Below, piece after piece: positions 21,421 to 35,840 of a stretch of 64,000 bases of DNA. A program made the position numbers and the translations under genes. The stretch spans positions 71,920,001-71,984,000 of the forward strand of contig OZ296654.1 of NCBI GenBank assembly GCA_965655095.1, given 5' to 3'. The notes under the pieces are model-generated. The model made no database searches, had not been told where the DNA came from, and worked only from the letters and a program-made list of their open reading frames with translations. Every line of letters starts with the position of its first letter. The stretch's first letter is position 1. The stretch is from Haplodiscus bocki. Lineage: Eukaryota.

Positions 21421-24400
21421 GAACATGAAGCAGTAAGCAGACCATTCTAACCAATTTTACCGAAAACTTGTAAATTTTTATTTTACCGAGAAAATAAGAC
21501 CGATGATAGAGTACAGATACCGTGTTTTTACGAAAAAGGAACAGACCGGAAGAACTTACAACTACCGACAGTGGTTGCAACTATTCAAAGAGTACACAAA
21601 GGGAAACCTTAATGTAGACATCGGGCCATTAAACACTTAAGGAACACTAACCGAAAAAGATAAACTGGGAAACAAAAGAAAATACAAGATTTTCTTTGGG
21701 CATTGGGACCCGAAGCAACACATCAAATAACACGCTCCGATTACCGAACCGAACAGGACAAAATCTAAATCGACAAAATATTCAAGATATACAACAGATA
21801 CTACTTACCGAAAAATGGAAAAAACTAATCCACGAGCAAATTTTTCTTTGCGCGAAACAATCAGATTCAGAAACACCGGAAAATCATTGGGAGAAATCGA
21901 CAGAAACAGAAAAGGAATTCGATTTTCCGGACTTTAGCGCCAAAATAATTATAAAAATGTAAAAAAAAAATTACCGACGGGGGACTACGTGAGAGATTGA
22001 TGAAAGAAAAAGACGGAGACGTACTCAAAACAGTCGAACAGACAGAACAAAATACATCAGAGAAAAATAATACAATACCCGATGCATTAAAATCAACAGG
22101 AGAAAAGGAGATCAAAGAAGAATCGATACACAAAAAATCATGCACTGCGAAAAACGGAACAAGACCGGAAGAAACTACAAATACTGCAATGAACCGAATT
22201 GGATCACTAACCACAAATGCTCAGCTGCAGAATCAACATCTCATAAAGTGCGAAAAAAAACAATCGGCGAAAACCTGCAAAATACAATAACAGAAAGACC
22301 ACAAAAAGCAATAAAAATATGGAAACGGAGGGAACCGATGAAAATTACACATACACAACCAATAAACCCAGTAACCGAAACAAAGCAATTGAGCGAAAAA
22401 AGAAACAACTTTACAAGAATGCAAATCGACGGAACACAGAGAGAATTTACCGTGAACACCGGATGACCGGTTAAAAAAACACCACGGGATGAAAAATCAA
22501 AAGGGAAAAGCAATCACTACCGATGTACAAAAGAAATAAGGACGCCGAAAACAATGCAAAAAATTCCTCGGTAAAATTACGGTAGAAGCAGAGAGCAAAT
22601 GAATTCAAAGAAATCAAGCTGCTATTTCTAATGGATTGGCTACAGATTAACTAGTTGATACAACATTTTTAACACACGACGAATGAAACAGACCAATCAG
22701 AAAAAAACCAGCTAATATCAAACTTCGGAAAACCAAACGAACAAAAGAAACACCGCAATCAGAATTCAATTGAAGACGGATACTGGCCAAAAAAAATAAA
22801 AGGCTAGGACAATACCATACGGTAGTATGGACCCACAAAAAGACGTAGAAAATCAAATAAACAAACTACTCAGTACCGGACACTTAAAAAAATCAGAACT
22901 TAGAAGATTGCTTCGCATTCTCTGGGGGTCATAAACGTCGAAGAAGACAAGTTGGTCAAAAATGCATGGAATTCAAGAAAACTAAATGAGAGCTCAATCA
23001 AAATGGGACTCCATACGTGGAACATGGAAGAACTAATAAACCAAACATCCACTGAAATAACGAGGGTACAAATACAACCTTCAAGTATATCAAGAACATC
23101 TTGAAGACGCATATGGCCAATTGAAACTGTCCGAAGAAATAATTACACAAAGAATTTTTGCAGCAACTGGGGGAAACATGAACGGATATTACAGACTCAA
23201 ACGATGGTACTACGGTTTATTCGACGTCCTGACAAGGTTTCCTGAAAAATTGACCTAACAATAAATTACCAGACGCTAGAACCGTTAGCCAAAACAAAAT
23301 TTGTAACAAGGGGAAATAAAGTATAGCAGGAACAAAACTTTTTAACAAACTGAAGAACTTTAAGAAGCCGGCTTTCGAGCAAACCGGACTAAACCGAATT
23401 CTTCCTCAAGGAGACAACCTGGTTGGGACATGGAATAAACGACATGGGATGAAAAAAGAACGCAGAAAAACTAAAGCGATCTTACAGTTGAAACCACCAA
23501 ACCAAATGACTATATTCATTTCTCGGAGCTATACAATGCATCGCAAAAACTTTGCCGACTTTTTGAAGAAACCGACCGACTGAGACAATTATTGAAACGA
23601 CAAGGGAATAAATGGGCATTGAAAATGAAATTTTCTAAAAAAATCAAATAACAAGATAGCCAAAAAACTGAATCCAGAACATTTTTCGAGAAACTTTTAC
23701 GAAAGCACAACAAATGACGGTAGAAGAACCGCATTCGTCATAAGATTATGGCAAAAACAGAACAAAAAAACACTCTGCCGAAACGCATTCTTGAGTTATT
23801 TGAAGGACGCCCAGAAAAGTTACTCGGTGGTAGAGTTAGAGCTATTAGCAGTAGTATGGGGACTAGAATTCATCTCAACGATTTATCGGAGCGTTCCCAC
23901 CATCAAGTACCAGAACCATTAAGAAGACGCAACCGAACAGAGACTGCAGCGAACGGCAAAAGAGAGGGCTAGATATATGAGCACATTTTGGTATTTAATA
24001 AAAACACAACACCGGGAGGAAATTCAATTCTACGGACTATCTGAGTAGACACCCATGGGTGACCACGTCAACCAAAGAAATTAAAAAAGAACTTGATATT
24101 ATTATCCTAATGGAGTTATTCAAACTCAATTACAATTACGGACAAAAATTAAACGGGAAACAAAAATTTTGATAGAGCGACCTACGAAATAACATGACTT
24201 TAACGATGATCCGAACACCGTCCGATGAATTTACACGACCGAAAAAACCCAATTCAGAAATCAAATTCAAAGACTTCAAACGCGAACGAACACGAACGGA
24301 TGATAAATTTCAATTCCAATCAAAAATTCAACAGTCTTAAATTAACAGAATCCATAACCAAGAAGAAGCTCAATTACGATTGTCAACACTGTTGCCCGGC

Positions 24401-24935
24401 ACAAAGGTCACCCAAGAAGAAGCCGGTAAAACCAGTTAGTGAAAAATTCAACAATATCTATACAGTTTTCGAAATTTCCGAAAAAAAATCATTAGAAAGG
24501 AAGATACAAGATAAACCAAAAGAGCGATAGACTGTACTGAACACACAGTCCACAACGCAGATACAGAAATACTACACCAGAAACTCTTATCAACACCAGT
24601 TAGGTTTCAGAAATCACCAGAAAAATAATCGTCTTCCAATAAGCATGAGCTCAAGAGGCGGAGAAGGAAATACTTGGGCTCTGGCGAAAAAAGAACGAAA
24701 GATGAAATAAGGCATCATTGCAGAGTCTAGAACGAAGGTTAAAAAAAGTGGAGTCGGAGGAGAGGATAGTGACTTCGACTGCTACAACAAATCGAACGAC
24801 AAACCGGTTCGTGTCGACGAGGAAAAGGAATTTACAATCGACGGAAAAACTGAAGCCGAACAAATCAATTGAAGACGGAATTAACAATAACAACGCGAAA
24901 GAGGTCGGGAGAATATTTTACAGGGAACTCTAGTG
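21421..24935 (+). mobile_element. Decayed Ty3/gypsy LTR-retrotransposon internal fragment (gag-PR-RT-RNaseH), copy 1
   Basis: gag-like WALGPEATHQIT and ETPENHWEK; protease IDGTQREFTVNTG*P; RT NMEELINQ...DAYGQLKLSEE...FAATGGNMNGYYRLKRWYYGL; RNase H YLKDAQKSYSVVELELLAVVWGLE; TDYLSRHP. Heavily disrupted, with no LTRs recognised. Confidence 0.85.
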
Positions 24936-25331
24936 CACGAAGAATTAGTAGAAAGTTTAGTTTAGATCACCGGGATGTCTGGGTAGCATACCATACCTCT
25001 GAACTGTAGCTTCCAATTTGTTACTACAACATTACAACATACAGGCGAATTTGATTCGAAAAACGGATTCACCATCAAAAATGTTGCGGAGCTTGAGCGT
25101 TTGGCAAGTTAGGTAAAATACAACGTTAATGCCGCCTCGTTCATTCTTATCAGAGCTGGTTGCAAAAATGGTTTACTTTCAGAAAACAAATTGGCTCAGG
25201 TTTTATTTGCTAATTAATTACTGAAATGAGTTTCTCCGAATTTTAAATTAGGTCCGAATCTGTCTTTGGTCCGCAACGGTTTTCGGTGCAAATTGTCGTA
25301 GAGCTGTCGCTCATATACTTTTTTTGCTACT

Positions 25332-28300
25332 GAACATGAAGCAGTAAGCAGACCATTCTAACCAATTTTACCGAAAACTTGTAAATTTTACCGAGAAAAT
25401 AAGACCGATGATAGAGTACAGATACCGTGTTTTTACGAAAAAGGAACAGAGCGGAAGAACTTACAACTACCGACAGTGGTTGCAACTATTCAAAGAGTAC
25501 ACAAAGGGAAACCTTAATGTAGACATCGGGCCATTAAACACTTAAGGAACACTAACCGAAAAAGATAAACTGGGAAACAAAAGAAAACACAAGATTTTCT
25601 TTGGGCATTGGGACCCGAAGCAACACATCAAATATCACGCTCCGATTACCGAACCGAACAGGACAAAATCTAAATCGACAAAATATTCAAGATATACAAC
25701 AGATACTACTTACCGAAAAATGGGAAAAACTAATCCACGAGCAAATTTTTCTTTGCGCGAAACAATCAGATTCAGAAACACCAGAAATTCATTGGGAGAA
25801 ACCGACAGAAACAGAAAAGGAATTCGATTTTCCGGACTTTAGCGCCGAATTAATTATAACCAAAACTGTAAAAAAAATACCGACGGGGGACTACGTGAGA
25901 GATTGATGAAAGAAAAAGACTGAGACGTACTCAAAACAGTCGAACAGACAGAACAAAATACATAAGAGAAAAACAATACAATACCCGATGCATTAAAATC
26001 AACAGGAGAAAAGGAGATCAAAGAAGAATCGATACACAAAAAATCATGCACTACGAAAAACGGAACAAGACCGGAAGAAACTACAAATACTGCAATGAAC
26101 CGAATTCGATCACTAACCACAAGTGCTCAGCTGCAGAATCAACATCTCATAAAGTGCGAAAAAAAACAATCGGCGAAAACCTGCAAAATACAATAACAGA
26201 AAGGCCACAAAAAGCAATAAAAATATGGAAACGGAGGGAACCGATGAAAAACATACACAACCAATAAACCCAGTAACCGAAACAAAGCAATTGAGCGAAA
26301 AAAGAAACAACTTTACAAGAATGCAAATCGACGGAACACAGAGAGAATTTACCGTGAACACCGGATGACCGGTTAAAAAAACACCACGGGATGAAAAATC
26401 AAAAGGGAAAAGCAATCACTACCGATGTACAAAAGAAATAAGGACGCCGAAAACAATGCAAAAAATTCCTCGGTAAAATTACGGTAGAAGCAGAGAGCAA
26501 ATGAATTCAAAGAAATCAAGCTGCTATTTCTAATGGATTGGCTACAGATTAACTAGTTGATACAACATTTTTAACACACGACGAATGAAACAGACCAATC
26601 AGAAAAAAACCAGCTAATATCAAACTTCGGAAAACCAAACGAACAAAAGAAACACCGCAATCAGAATTCAATTGAAGACGGATACTGGCCAAAAAAAATA
26701 AAAGGCTAGGACAATACCATACGGTAGTATGGACCCACAAAAAGACGTAGAAAATCAAATAAACAAACTACTCAGTACCGGACACTTAAAAAAATCAGAA
26801 CTTAGAAGATTGCTTCGCATTCTCTGGGGGTCATAAACGTCGAAGAAGACAAGTTGGTCAAAAATGCATGGAATTCAAGAAAACTAAATGAGAGCTCAAT
26901 CAAAATGGGACTCCATACGTGGAACATGGAAGAAATAATAAACCAAACATCCACTGAAATAACGAGGGTACAAATACAACCTTCAAGTATATCAAGAACA
27001 TCTTGAAGACGCATATGGCCAATTGAAACTGTCCGAAGAAATAATTACACAAAGAATTTTTGCAGCAACTGGGGGAAACATGAACGGATATTACAGACTC
27101 AAACGATGGTACTACGGTTTATTCGACGTCCTGACAAGGTTTCCTGAAAAATTGACCTAACAATAAATTACCAGACGCTAGAACCGTTAGCCAAAACAAA
27201 ATTTGTAACAAGGGGAAATAAAGTATAGCAGGAACAAAACTTTTTAACAAACTGAAGAACTTTAAGAAGCCGGCTTTCGAGCAAACCGGACTAAACCGAA
27301 TTCTTCCTCAAGGAGACAACCTGGTTGGGACATGGAATAAACGACATGGGATGAAAAAAGAAAGCAGAAAAACTAAAGCGATCTTACAGTTGAAACCACC
27401 AAACCAAATGACTATATTCATTTCTCGGAGCTATACAATGCATCGCAAAAACTTTGCCGACTTTTTGAAGAAACCGACCGACTGAGACAATTATTGAAAC
27501 GACAAGGGAATAAATGGGCATTGAAAATGAAATTTTCTAAAAAAATCAAATAACAAGATAGCCAAAAAACTGAATCCAGAACATTTTTCGAGAAACTTTT
27601 ACGAAAGCACAACAAATGACGGTAGAAGAACCGGATTCGTCATAAGATTATGGCAAAAACAGAACAAAAAAACACTCTGCCGAAACGCATTCTTGAGTTA
27701 TTTGAAGGACGCCCAGAAAAGTTACTCGGTGGTAGAGTTAGAGCTATTAGCAGTAGTATGGGGACTAGAATTCATCTCAACGATTTATCGGAGCGTTCCC
27801 ACCATCAAGTACCAGAACCATTAAGAAGACGCAACCGAACAGAGACTGCAGCGAACGGCAAAAGAGAGGGCTAGATATATGAGCACATTTTGGTATTTAA
27901 TAACAACACAACACCGGGAGGAAATTCAATTCTACGGACTATCTGAGTAGACACCCGTGGGTGACCACGTCAACCAAAGAAACTAACGAAGAACTTGATA
28001 TTATTATCCTAATGGAGTTATTCAAACTCAATTACAATTACGGACAAAAATTAAACGGGAAACAAAAATTTTGATAGAGCGACCTACGAAATAACATGAC
28101 TTTAACGATGATCCGAACACCGTCCGATGAATTTACACGACCGAAAAAACCCAATTCAGAAATCAAATTCAAAGACTTCAAACGCGAACGAACACGAACG
28201 GATGATAAATTTCAATTCCAATCAAAAATTCAACAGTCTTAAATTAACAGAATCCATAACCAAGAAGAAGCTCAATTACGATTGTCAACACTGTTGCCCG

Positions 28301-28837
28301 GCACAAAGGTCACCCAAGAAGAAGCCGGTAAAACCAGTTAGTGAAAAATTCAACAATATCTATACAGTTTTCGAAATTTCCGAAAAAAAATCATTAGAAA
28401 GGAAGATACAAGATAAACCAAAAGAGCGATAGACTGTACTGAACACACAGTCCACAACGCAGATACAGAAATACTACACCAGAAACTCTTATCAACACCA
28501 GTTAGGTTTCAGAAATCACCAGAAAAATAATCGTCTTCCAATAAGCATGAGCTCAAGAGGCGGAGAAGGAAATACTTGGGCTCTGGCGAAAAAAGAACGA
28601 AAGATGAAATAAGGCATCATTGCAGAGTCTAGAACGAAGGTTAAAAAAAGTGGAGTCGGAGGAGAGGATAGTGACTTCGACTGCTACAACAAATCGAACG
28701 ACAAACCGGTTCGTGTCGACGAGGAAAAGGAATTTACAATCGACGGAAAAACTGAAGCCGAACAAATCAATTGAAGACGGAATTAACAATAACAACGCGA
28801 AAGAGGTCGGGAGAATATTTTACAGGGAACTCTAGTG
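25332..28837 (+). mobile_element. Decayed Ty3/gypsy fragment, copy 2
   Basis: Near-identical to copy 1, with the same inactivating lesions. Confidence 0.85.
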
Positions 28838-29233
28838 CACGAAGAATTAGTAGAAAGTTTAGTTTAGATCACCGGGATGTCTGGGTAGCATACCATACCT
28901 CTGAACTGTAGCTTCCAATTTGTTACTACAACATTACAACATACAGGCGAATTTGATTCGAAAAACGGATTCACCATCAAAAATGTTGCGGAGCTTGAGC
29001 GTTTGGCAAGTTAGGTAAAATACAACGTTAATGCCGCCTCGTTCATTCTTATCAGAGCTGGTTGCAAAAATGGTTTACTTTCAGAAAAGAAATTGGCTCA
29101 GGTTTTATTTGCTAATTAATTACTGAAATGAGTTTCTCCGAATTTTAAATTAGGTCCGAATCTGTCCTTGGTCCGCAACGGTTTTCGGTGCAAATTGTCG
29201 TAGAGCTGTCGCTCATATACTTTTTTTGCTACT

Positions 29234-32200
29234 GAACATGAAGCAGTAAGCAGACCATTCTAACCAATTTTACCGAAAACTTGTAAATTTTACCGAGAAA
29301 ATAAGACCGATGATAGAGTACAGATACCGTGTTTTTACGAAAAAGGAACAGAGCGGAAGAACTTACAACTACCGACAGTGGTTGCAACTATTCAAAGAGT
29401 ACACAAAGGGAAACCTTAATGTAGACATCGGGCCATTAAACACTTAAGGAACACTAACCGAAAAAGATAAACTGGGAAACAAAAGAAAACACAAGATTTT
29501 CTTTGGGCATTGGGACCCGAAGCAACACATCAAATATCACGCTCCGATTACCGAACCGAACAGGACAAAATCTAAATCGACGAAATATTCAAGATATACA
29601 ACAGATACTACTTACCGAAAAATGGGAAAAACTAATCCACGAGCAAATTTTTCTTTGCGCGAAACAATCAGATTCAGAAACACCAGAAATTCATTGGGAG
29701 AAACCGACAGAAACAGAAAAGGAATTCGATTTTCCGGACTTTAGCGCCGAATTAATTATAACCAAAACTGTAAAAAAAATACCGACGGGGGACTACGTGA
29801 GAGATTGATGAAAGAAAAAGACTGAGACGTACTCAAAACAGTCGAACAGACAGAACAAAATACATAAGAGAAAAACAATACAATACCCGATGCATTAAAA
29901 TCAACAGGAGAAAAGGAGATCAAAGAAGAATCGATACACAAAAAATCATGCACTACGAAAAACGGAACAAGACCGGAAGAAACTACAAATACTGCAATGA
30001 ACCGAATTCGATCACTAACCACAAGTGCTCAGCTGCAGAATCAACATCTCATAAAGTGCGAAAAAAAACAATCGGCGAAAACCTGCAAAATACAATAACA
30101 GAAAGACCACAAAAAGCAATAAAAATATGGAAACGGAGGGAACCGATGAAAAACATACACAACCAATAAACCCAGTAACCGAAACAAAGCAATTGAGCGA
30201 AAAAAGAAACAACTTTACAAGAATGCAAATCGACGGAACACAGAGAGAATTTACCGTGAACACCGGATGACCGGTTAAAAAAACACCACGGGATGAAAAA
30301 TCAAAAGGGAAAAGCAATCACTACCGATGTACAAAAGAAATAAGGACGCCGAAAACAATGCAAAAAATTCCTCGGTAAAATTACGGTAGAAGCAGAGAGC
30401 AAATGAATTCAAAGAAATCAAGCTGCTATTTCTAATGGATTGGCTACAGATTAACTAGTTGATACAACATTTTTAACACACGACGAATGAAACAGACCAA
30501 TCAGAAAAAAACCAGCTAATATCAAACTTCGGAAAACCAAACGAACAAAAGAAACACCGCAATCACAATTCAATTGAAGACGGATACTGGCCAAAAAAAA
30601 AATAAAAGGCTAGGACAATACCATACGGTAGTATGGACCCACAAAAAGACGTAGAAAATCAAATAAACAAACTACTCAGTACCGGACACTTAAAAAAATC
30701 AGAACTTAGAAGATTGCTTCGCATTCTCTGGGGGTCATAAACGTCGAAGAAGACAAGTTGGTCAAAAATGCATGGAATTCAAGAAAACTAAATGAGAGCT
30801 CAATCAAAATGGGACTCCATACGTGGAACATGGAAGAACTAATAAACCAAACATCCACTGAAATAACGAGGGTACAAATACAACCTTCAAGTATATCAAG
30901 AACATCTTGAAGACGCATATGGCCAATTGAAACTGTCCGAAGAAATAATTACACAAAGAATTTTTGCAGCAACTGGGGGAAACATGAACGGATATTACAG
31001 ACTCAAACGATGGTACTACGGTTTATTCGACGTCCTGACAAGGTTTCCTGAAAAATTGACCTAACAATAAATTACCAGACGCTAGAACCGTTAGCCAAAA
31101 CAAAATTTGTAACAAGGGGAAATAAAGTATAGCAGGAACAAAACTTTTTAAAAAACTGAAGAACTTTAAGAAGCCGGCTTTCGAGCAAACCGGACTAAAC
31201 CGAATTCTTCCTCAAGGAGACAACCTGGTTGGGACATGGAATAAACGACATGGGATGAAAAAAGAACGCAGAAAAACTAAAGCGATCTTACAGTTGAAAC
31301 CACCAAACCAAATGACTATATTCATTTCTCGGAGCTATACAATGCATCGCAAAAACTTTGCCGACTTTTTGAAGAAACCGACCGACTGAGACAATTATTG
31401 AAACGACAAGGGAATAAATGGGCATTGAAAATGAAATTTTCTAAAAAAATCAAATAACAAGATAGCCAAAAAACTGAATCCAGAACATTTTTCGAGAAAC
31501 TTTTACGAAAGCACAACAAATGACGGTAGAAGAACCGGATTCGTCATAAGATTATGGCAAAAACAGAACAAAAAAACACTCTGCCGAAACGCATTCTTGA
31601 GTTATTTGAAGGACGCCCAGAAAAGTTACTCGGTGGTAGAGTTAGAGCTATTAGCAGTAGTATGGGGACTAGAATTCATCTCAACGATTTATCGGAGCGT
31701 TCCCACCATCAAGTACCAGAACCATTAAGAAGACGCAACCGAACAGAGACTGCAGCGAACGGCAAAAGAGAGGGCTAGATATATGAGCACATTTTGGTAT
31801 TTAATAACAACACAACACCGGGAGGAAATTCAATTCTACGGACTATCTGAGTAGACACCCATGGGTGACCACGTCAACCAAAGAAATTAAAAAAGAACTT
31901 GATATTATTATCCTAATGGAGTTATTCAAACTCAATTACAATTACGGACAAAAATTAAACGGGAAACAAAAATTTTGATAGAGCGACCTACGAAATAACA
32001 TGACTTTAACGATGATCCGAACACCGTCCGATGAATTTACACGACCGAAAAAACCCAATTCAGAAATCAAATTCAAAGACTTCAAACGCGAACGAACACG
32101 AACGGATGATAAATTTCAATTCCAATCAAAAATTCAACAGTCTTAAATTAACAGAATCCATAACCAAGAAGAAGCTCAATTACGATTGTCAACACTGTTG

Positions 32201-32741
32201 CCCGGCACAAAGGTCACCCAAGAAGAAGCCGGTAAAACCAGTTAGTGAAAAATTCAACAATATCTATACAGTTTTCGAAATTTCCGAAAAAAAATCATTA
32301 GAAAGGAAGATACAAGATAAATCAAAAGAGCGATAGACTGTACTGAACACACAGTCCACAACGCAGATACAGAAATACTACACCAGAAACTCTTATCAAC
32401 ACCAGTTAGGTTTCAGAAATCACCAGAAAAATAATCGTCTTCCAATAAGCATGAGCTCAAGAGGCGGAGAAGGAAATACTTGGGCTCTGGCGAAAAAAGA
32501 ACGAAAGATGAAATAAGGCATCATTGCAGAGTCTAGAACGAAGGTTAAAAAAAGTGGAGTCGGAGGAGAGGATAGTGACTTCGACTGCTACAACAAATCG
32601 AACGACAAACCGGTTCGTGTCGACGAGGAAAAGGAATTTACAATCGACGGAAAAACTGAAGCCGAACAAATCAATTGAAGACGGAATTAACAATAACAAC
32701 GCGAAAGAGGTCGGGAGAATATTTTACAGGGAACTCTAGTG
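29234..32741 (+). mobile_element. Decayed Ty3/gypsy fragment, copy 3
   Basis: Near-identical to copies 1 and 2. Confidence 0.85.
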
Positions 32742-33426
32742 CACGAAGAATTAGTAGAAAGTTTAGTTTAGATCACCGGGATGTCTGGGTAGCATACCAT
32801 ACCTCTGAACTGTAGCTTCCAATTTGTTACTACAACATTACAACATACAGGCGAATTTGATTCGAAAAACGGATTCACCATCAAAAATGTTGCGGAGCTT
32901 GAGCGTTTGGCAAGTTAGGTAAAATACAACGTTAATGCCGCCTCGTTCATTCTTATCAGAGCTGGTTGCAAAAATGGTTTACTTTCAGAAAACAAATTGG
33001 CGGTTTTATTTGCTAATTAATTAATTACTGAAATGAGTTTCTCCGAATTTTAAATTAGGTCCGAATCTGTCTTTGGTCCCAAACGGTTTTCGGTGCAAAT
33101 TGTCGTAGAGCTGTCGCTCAGATACTTTTCTGGCTATTGAATTTTAGGTAGGAACAACCAGCTGCAGGTTTTTGGCATTCGAAGAAACGACCAATCTACA
33201 GAATTTTTCCGACATTTTGATCATTTCCAGCGATCGTTTGTCCCAATTTAACTACTGCAAATCTTAACTACTTTAAACTACTAGCCAGCTTTTACATAAC
33301 TTATCTTTCAGCTAATTATTTAAACTATTCAACTAATAGTTTCAATGGCCATCACTGTGCGAAGAATTGCCATTTTCAAAAGCCAACAAAAGATTTAGGA
33401 ACGATCAATGAAAATCGATGCCTTAC

Positions 33427-33546
33427 TGAAGTAGAGTATATGAAGCATTCGGGGGTTAAGGCGATTGCAGTGATGGACTCTGCCTGCTGATTGGCTGGAA
33501 ACAATTTGCTATTGTTGAAGTCATCCTCCAACGAACTCACGCCGAC
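33427..33546 (-). CDS. WDR19: WDR19/IFT144 internal exon (VGVSSLEDDFNNSKLFPANQQAESITAIALTPECFIYSTS)
   Basis: 120-bp phase-0 exon, ttttAG...GTaagg. It matches vertebrate [41 protein letters not shown] and splices in frame to the exon starting at 20447. Confidence 0.88.
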
Positions 33547-35772
33547 CTAAAATGACCAAGCAGTACTATAGTGCACTCGCGATTTATGAGCCAGCCCGTA
33601 ACGTGTAAAATGTCAACTACTGTATAGACAGGAAAGTTCATAAAGCCAAAATCTGAAATTTTGATACTTTTGTTGAACTAAACCGAATCACGTTTAAATA
33701 AATCCAATAAATAAAAAGTTGAATGATCATTTATACTATCCTTCGAATGCACATCGCTGCTTGGAGCTTATCAGCTGTCAAAAATCGATGATAGTGAAAT
33801 GTTGGTTTGCATAAAACAATCTAGTTTTAACACCGCAGATTTTACTTTTGAGTTGAAAACTACAGTACTGTGAAAAAAGATTCGCACTCTTACTTTGGGA
33901 AAACAGCTTCGGACAAACTTCGGAGTTTCTAATCTAAACTAACAATTTTTGAGACAAGCAGTGAGAACAAAAGTTTCTTCGAACTTTACGTAGATTAAAA
34001 TGGTTTCGGCTGCAAAATTTTAGGGCCAATACTACTAAAAGTTAGATTTTGTTGATTTTTCTCCTGTAAAAACAACTATCTAACCCATAGTTTTGATTCT
34101 GAAATAAGATCAGAGATAAAAAATATCGTTTATTTAGTGAAAAAAACTTAACACATGTATTAAAATAGGGTTTAAAATTATTCCTGGAATACTTTCGGTT
34201 CTAGCTGTGCAAAAATGAGCGAGCTCTTAAATTTTCAGCGCAATCAGTAGTTGATGGGGTATCTGGCAAGTAAAAAATGTTAAGATTGCTGGACTTTGAG
34301 ACACTTAAATCATAATTTAAGCTATAGTAAAAATGTCATACAAACCGAAAAACCTGTTTTACTACATGTATTCATCAAATTTTCTAATTACCGAAAAAAT
34401 CCCAGAGTTTCAAACAAGCATCATTGCAAACTATAGACAAGTATAAGAAATTTCTACACCGACCATTGCTTATGGTTTTTGGTTGTTTTTGAGCGAAAAA
34501 TAGGAGCTGAACGAAAAAAAAATCACAAAATAATCCTGTTCTTTTCTGAAAGAACTGTAGAATCGATTTGTTGCTGTTACGCCTGAGGGCATCCTGCCTG
34601 TTACAAGTGGCCGCGGTCGCGATGCTCACTTTCCTGTACTGTATGATGAAAAATTCAGACATTCCCACCAAATTCTTTTTTGCTTTGTAATGTTTGCACT
34701 TTGCGAAACACGTGTTGGTAGATAAACAAGCTTAGATATATTGATAGCTAGCTTTTCTTCAAGAAAACCATAGTTATAACTTACGACTGTTACTGTATTG
34801 ACTTCTACTAGAAACTTGCGGTACTTGTTGCAAAGTTTGGTCCCAAAAAAATGGTGGCTATTCTTAGCTCGGAATTTGTATTTTAGTATCATAACTCCGA
34901 ATTGAAAATTAATCTCTAGTGAAGGCATGTTGATTTTATTTGTTTGAACTGAATAATTTTAGTTGTTTCCGACAATTTTCCCTTCAATTCGCATTTTGGC
35001 ATCAATTTATTTCATTTAAATTAATCATTTTATTTATTCTATACTTGACTTCCGCATCAAAATCAGTTATTTTCAACGTTGCGAGAATGATGCTAAAGAA
35101 ACTACGTACGCTAATTAAATTCGCAGTTATGCACCTCGTTTCTTAATTTCGGAGCTATGGATATTTGGAACTATGAGACGTTAGCCAGAAAAATAGCTGT
35201 AGTCTAATGTGAAAACCATATAAAAAAGTGTGGTCCCTAACTTAGCGAGGCTGCTAAATAAACAACTTAGTGAGGAAATTTACCAATCCTCAATAGAAAA
35301 CTCAATACATGTAAATAACTTCGGTGGCTATCAACAACTTCGAATGAAGTCCGGAAGTAATTTAACTGGATTGAAATGCTGATCAGTATTGAAACCAGTC
35401 CCTTCGGCACCTCCACATCGAACGTTCCACCTGCTATGCCGGCGGTACGAGTGCCCTTTTTCACTCAGCATAGTAACTTGGCGCCTTAGTAGTGGTATGT
35501 GTTGGTGGAATTTTTAGACGGGACCACATTTTCGAACAAGTTCCCGATTTTCTACATATACAATTTGAAACTTTCCCAAAAAATGGAAAACGGATGTTAC
35601 TTTCGGATATGATGTAAACAATATCTATAAAAACAATTAAATTTTGGCAGTAAACTGAAACCTGAGCTAAAGCAAAACCCTTTTCTCTCCACATTTGAAA
35701 TAGATTACTTTATGACTAATTTATGGAATGCAAACACTCCTAATTATTAAGAAGGAAATTTAACATGGGTAT

Positions 35773-35840
35773 CTGTTACTACAACATTACAACACAGAGG
35801 CGAATTTAATTCGAAAAACGGAGTCACCATCAAAAATGTT
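35773..35840 (+). repeat. Dispersed repeat fragment also present inside each triplication unit
   Basis: TGTTACTACAACATTACAACA...GGCGAATTT.ATTCGAAAAACGGA.TCACCATCAAAAATGTT also occurs at ~25020, ~28921 and ~32825. Confidence 0.8.

Larger units (their letters stand above)
21421..33141 (+). repeat. Head-to-tail tandem triplication of a ~3.9-kb unit (copies start at 21421, 25332, 29234)
   Basis: Near-identical ORF sets recur at +3902 and +3904 offsets, and the unit start GAACATGAAGCAGTAAGCAGACC is seen three times. Confidence 0.97.

Noticed and set aside
24960-25331. Inter-unit segment as a shared LTR (LTR-int-LTR tandem)
   Set aside because: There is no copy upstream of the first unit, no TG...CA ends, PBS or PPT were recognised, and part of it is an independent dispersed repeat also found at 35773.
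21696-32739. The many short ORFs in the triplicated region as real genes
   Set aside because: They are broken frames and antisense shadows of a decayed gypsy gag-pol, repeated only because of the triplication.
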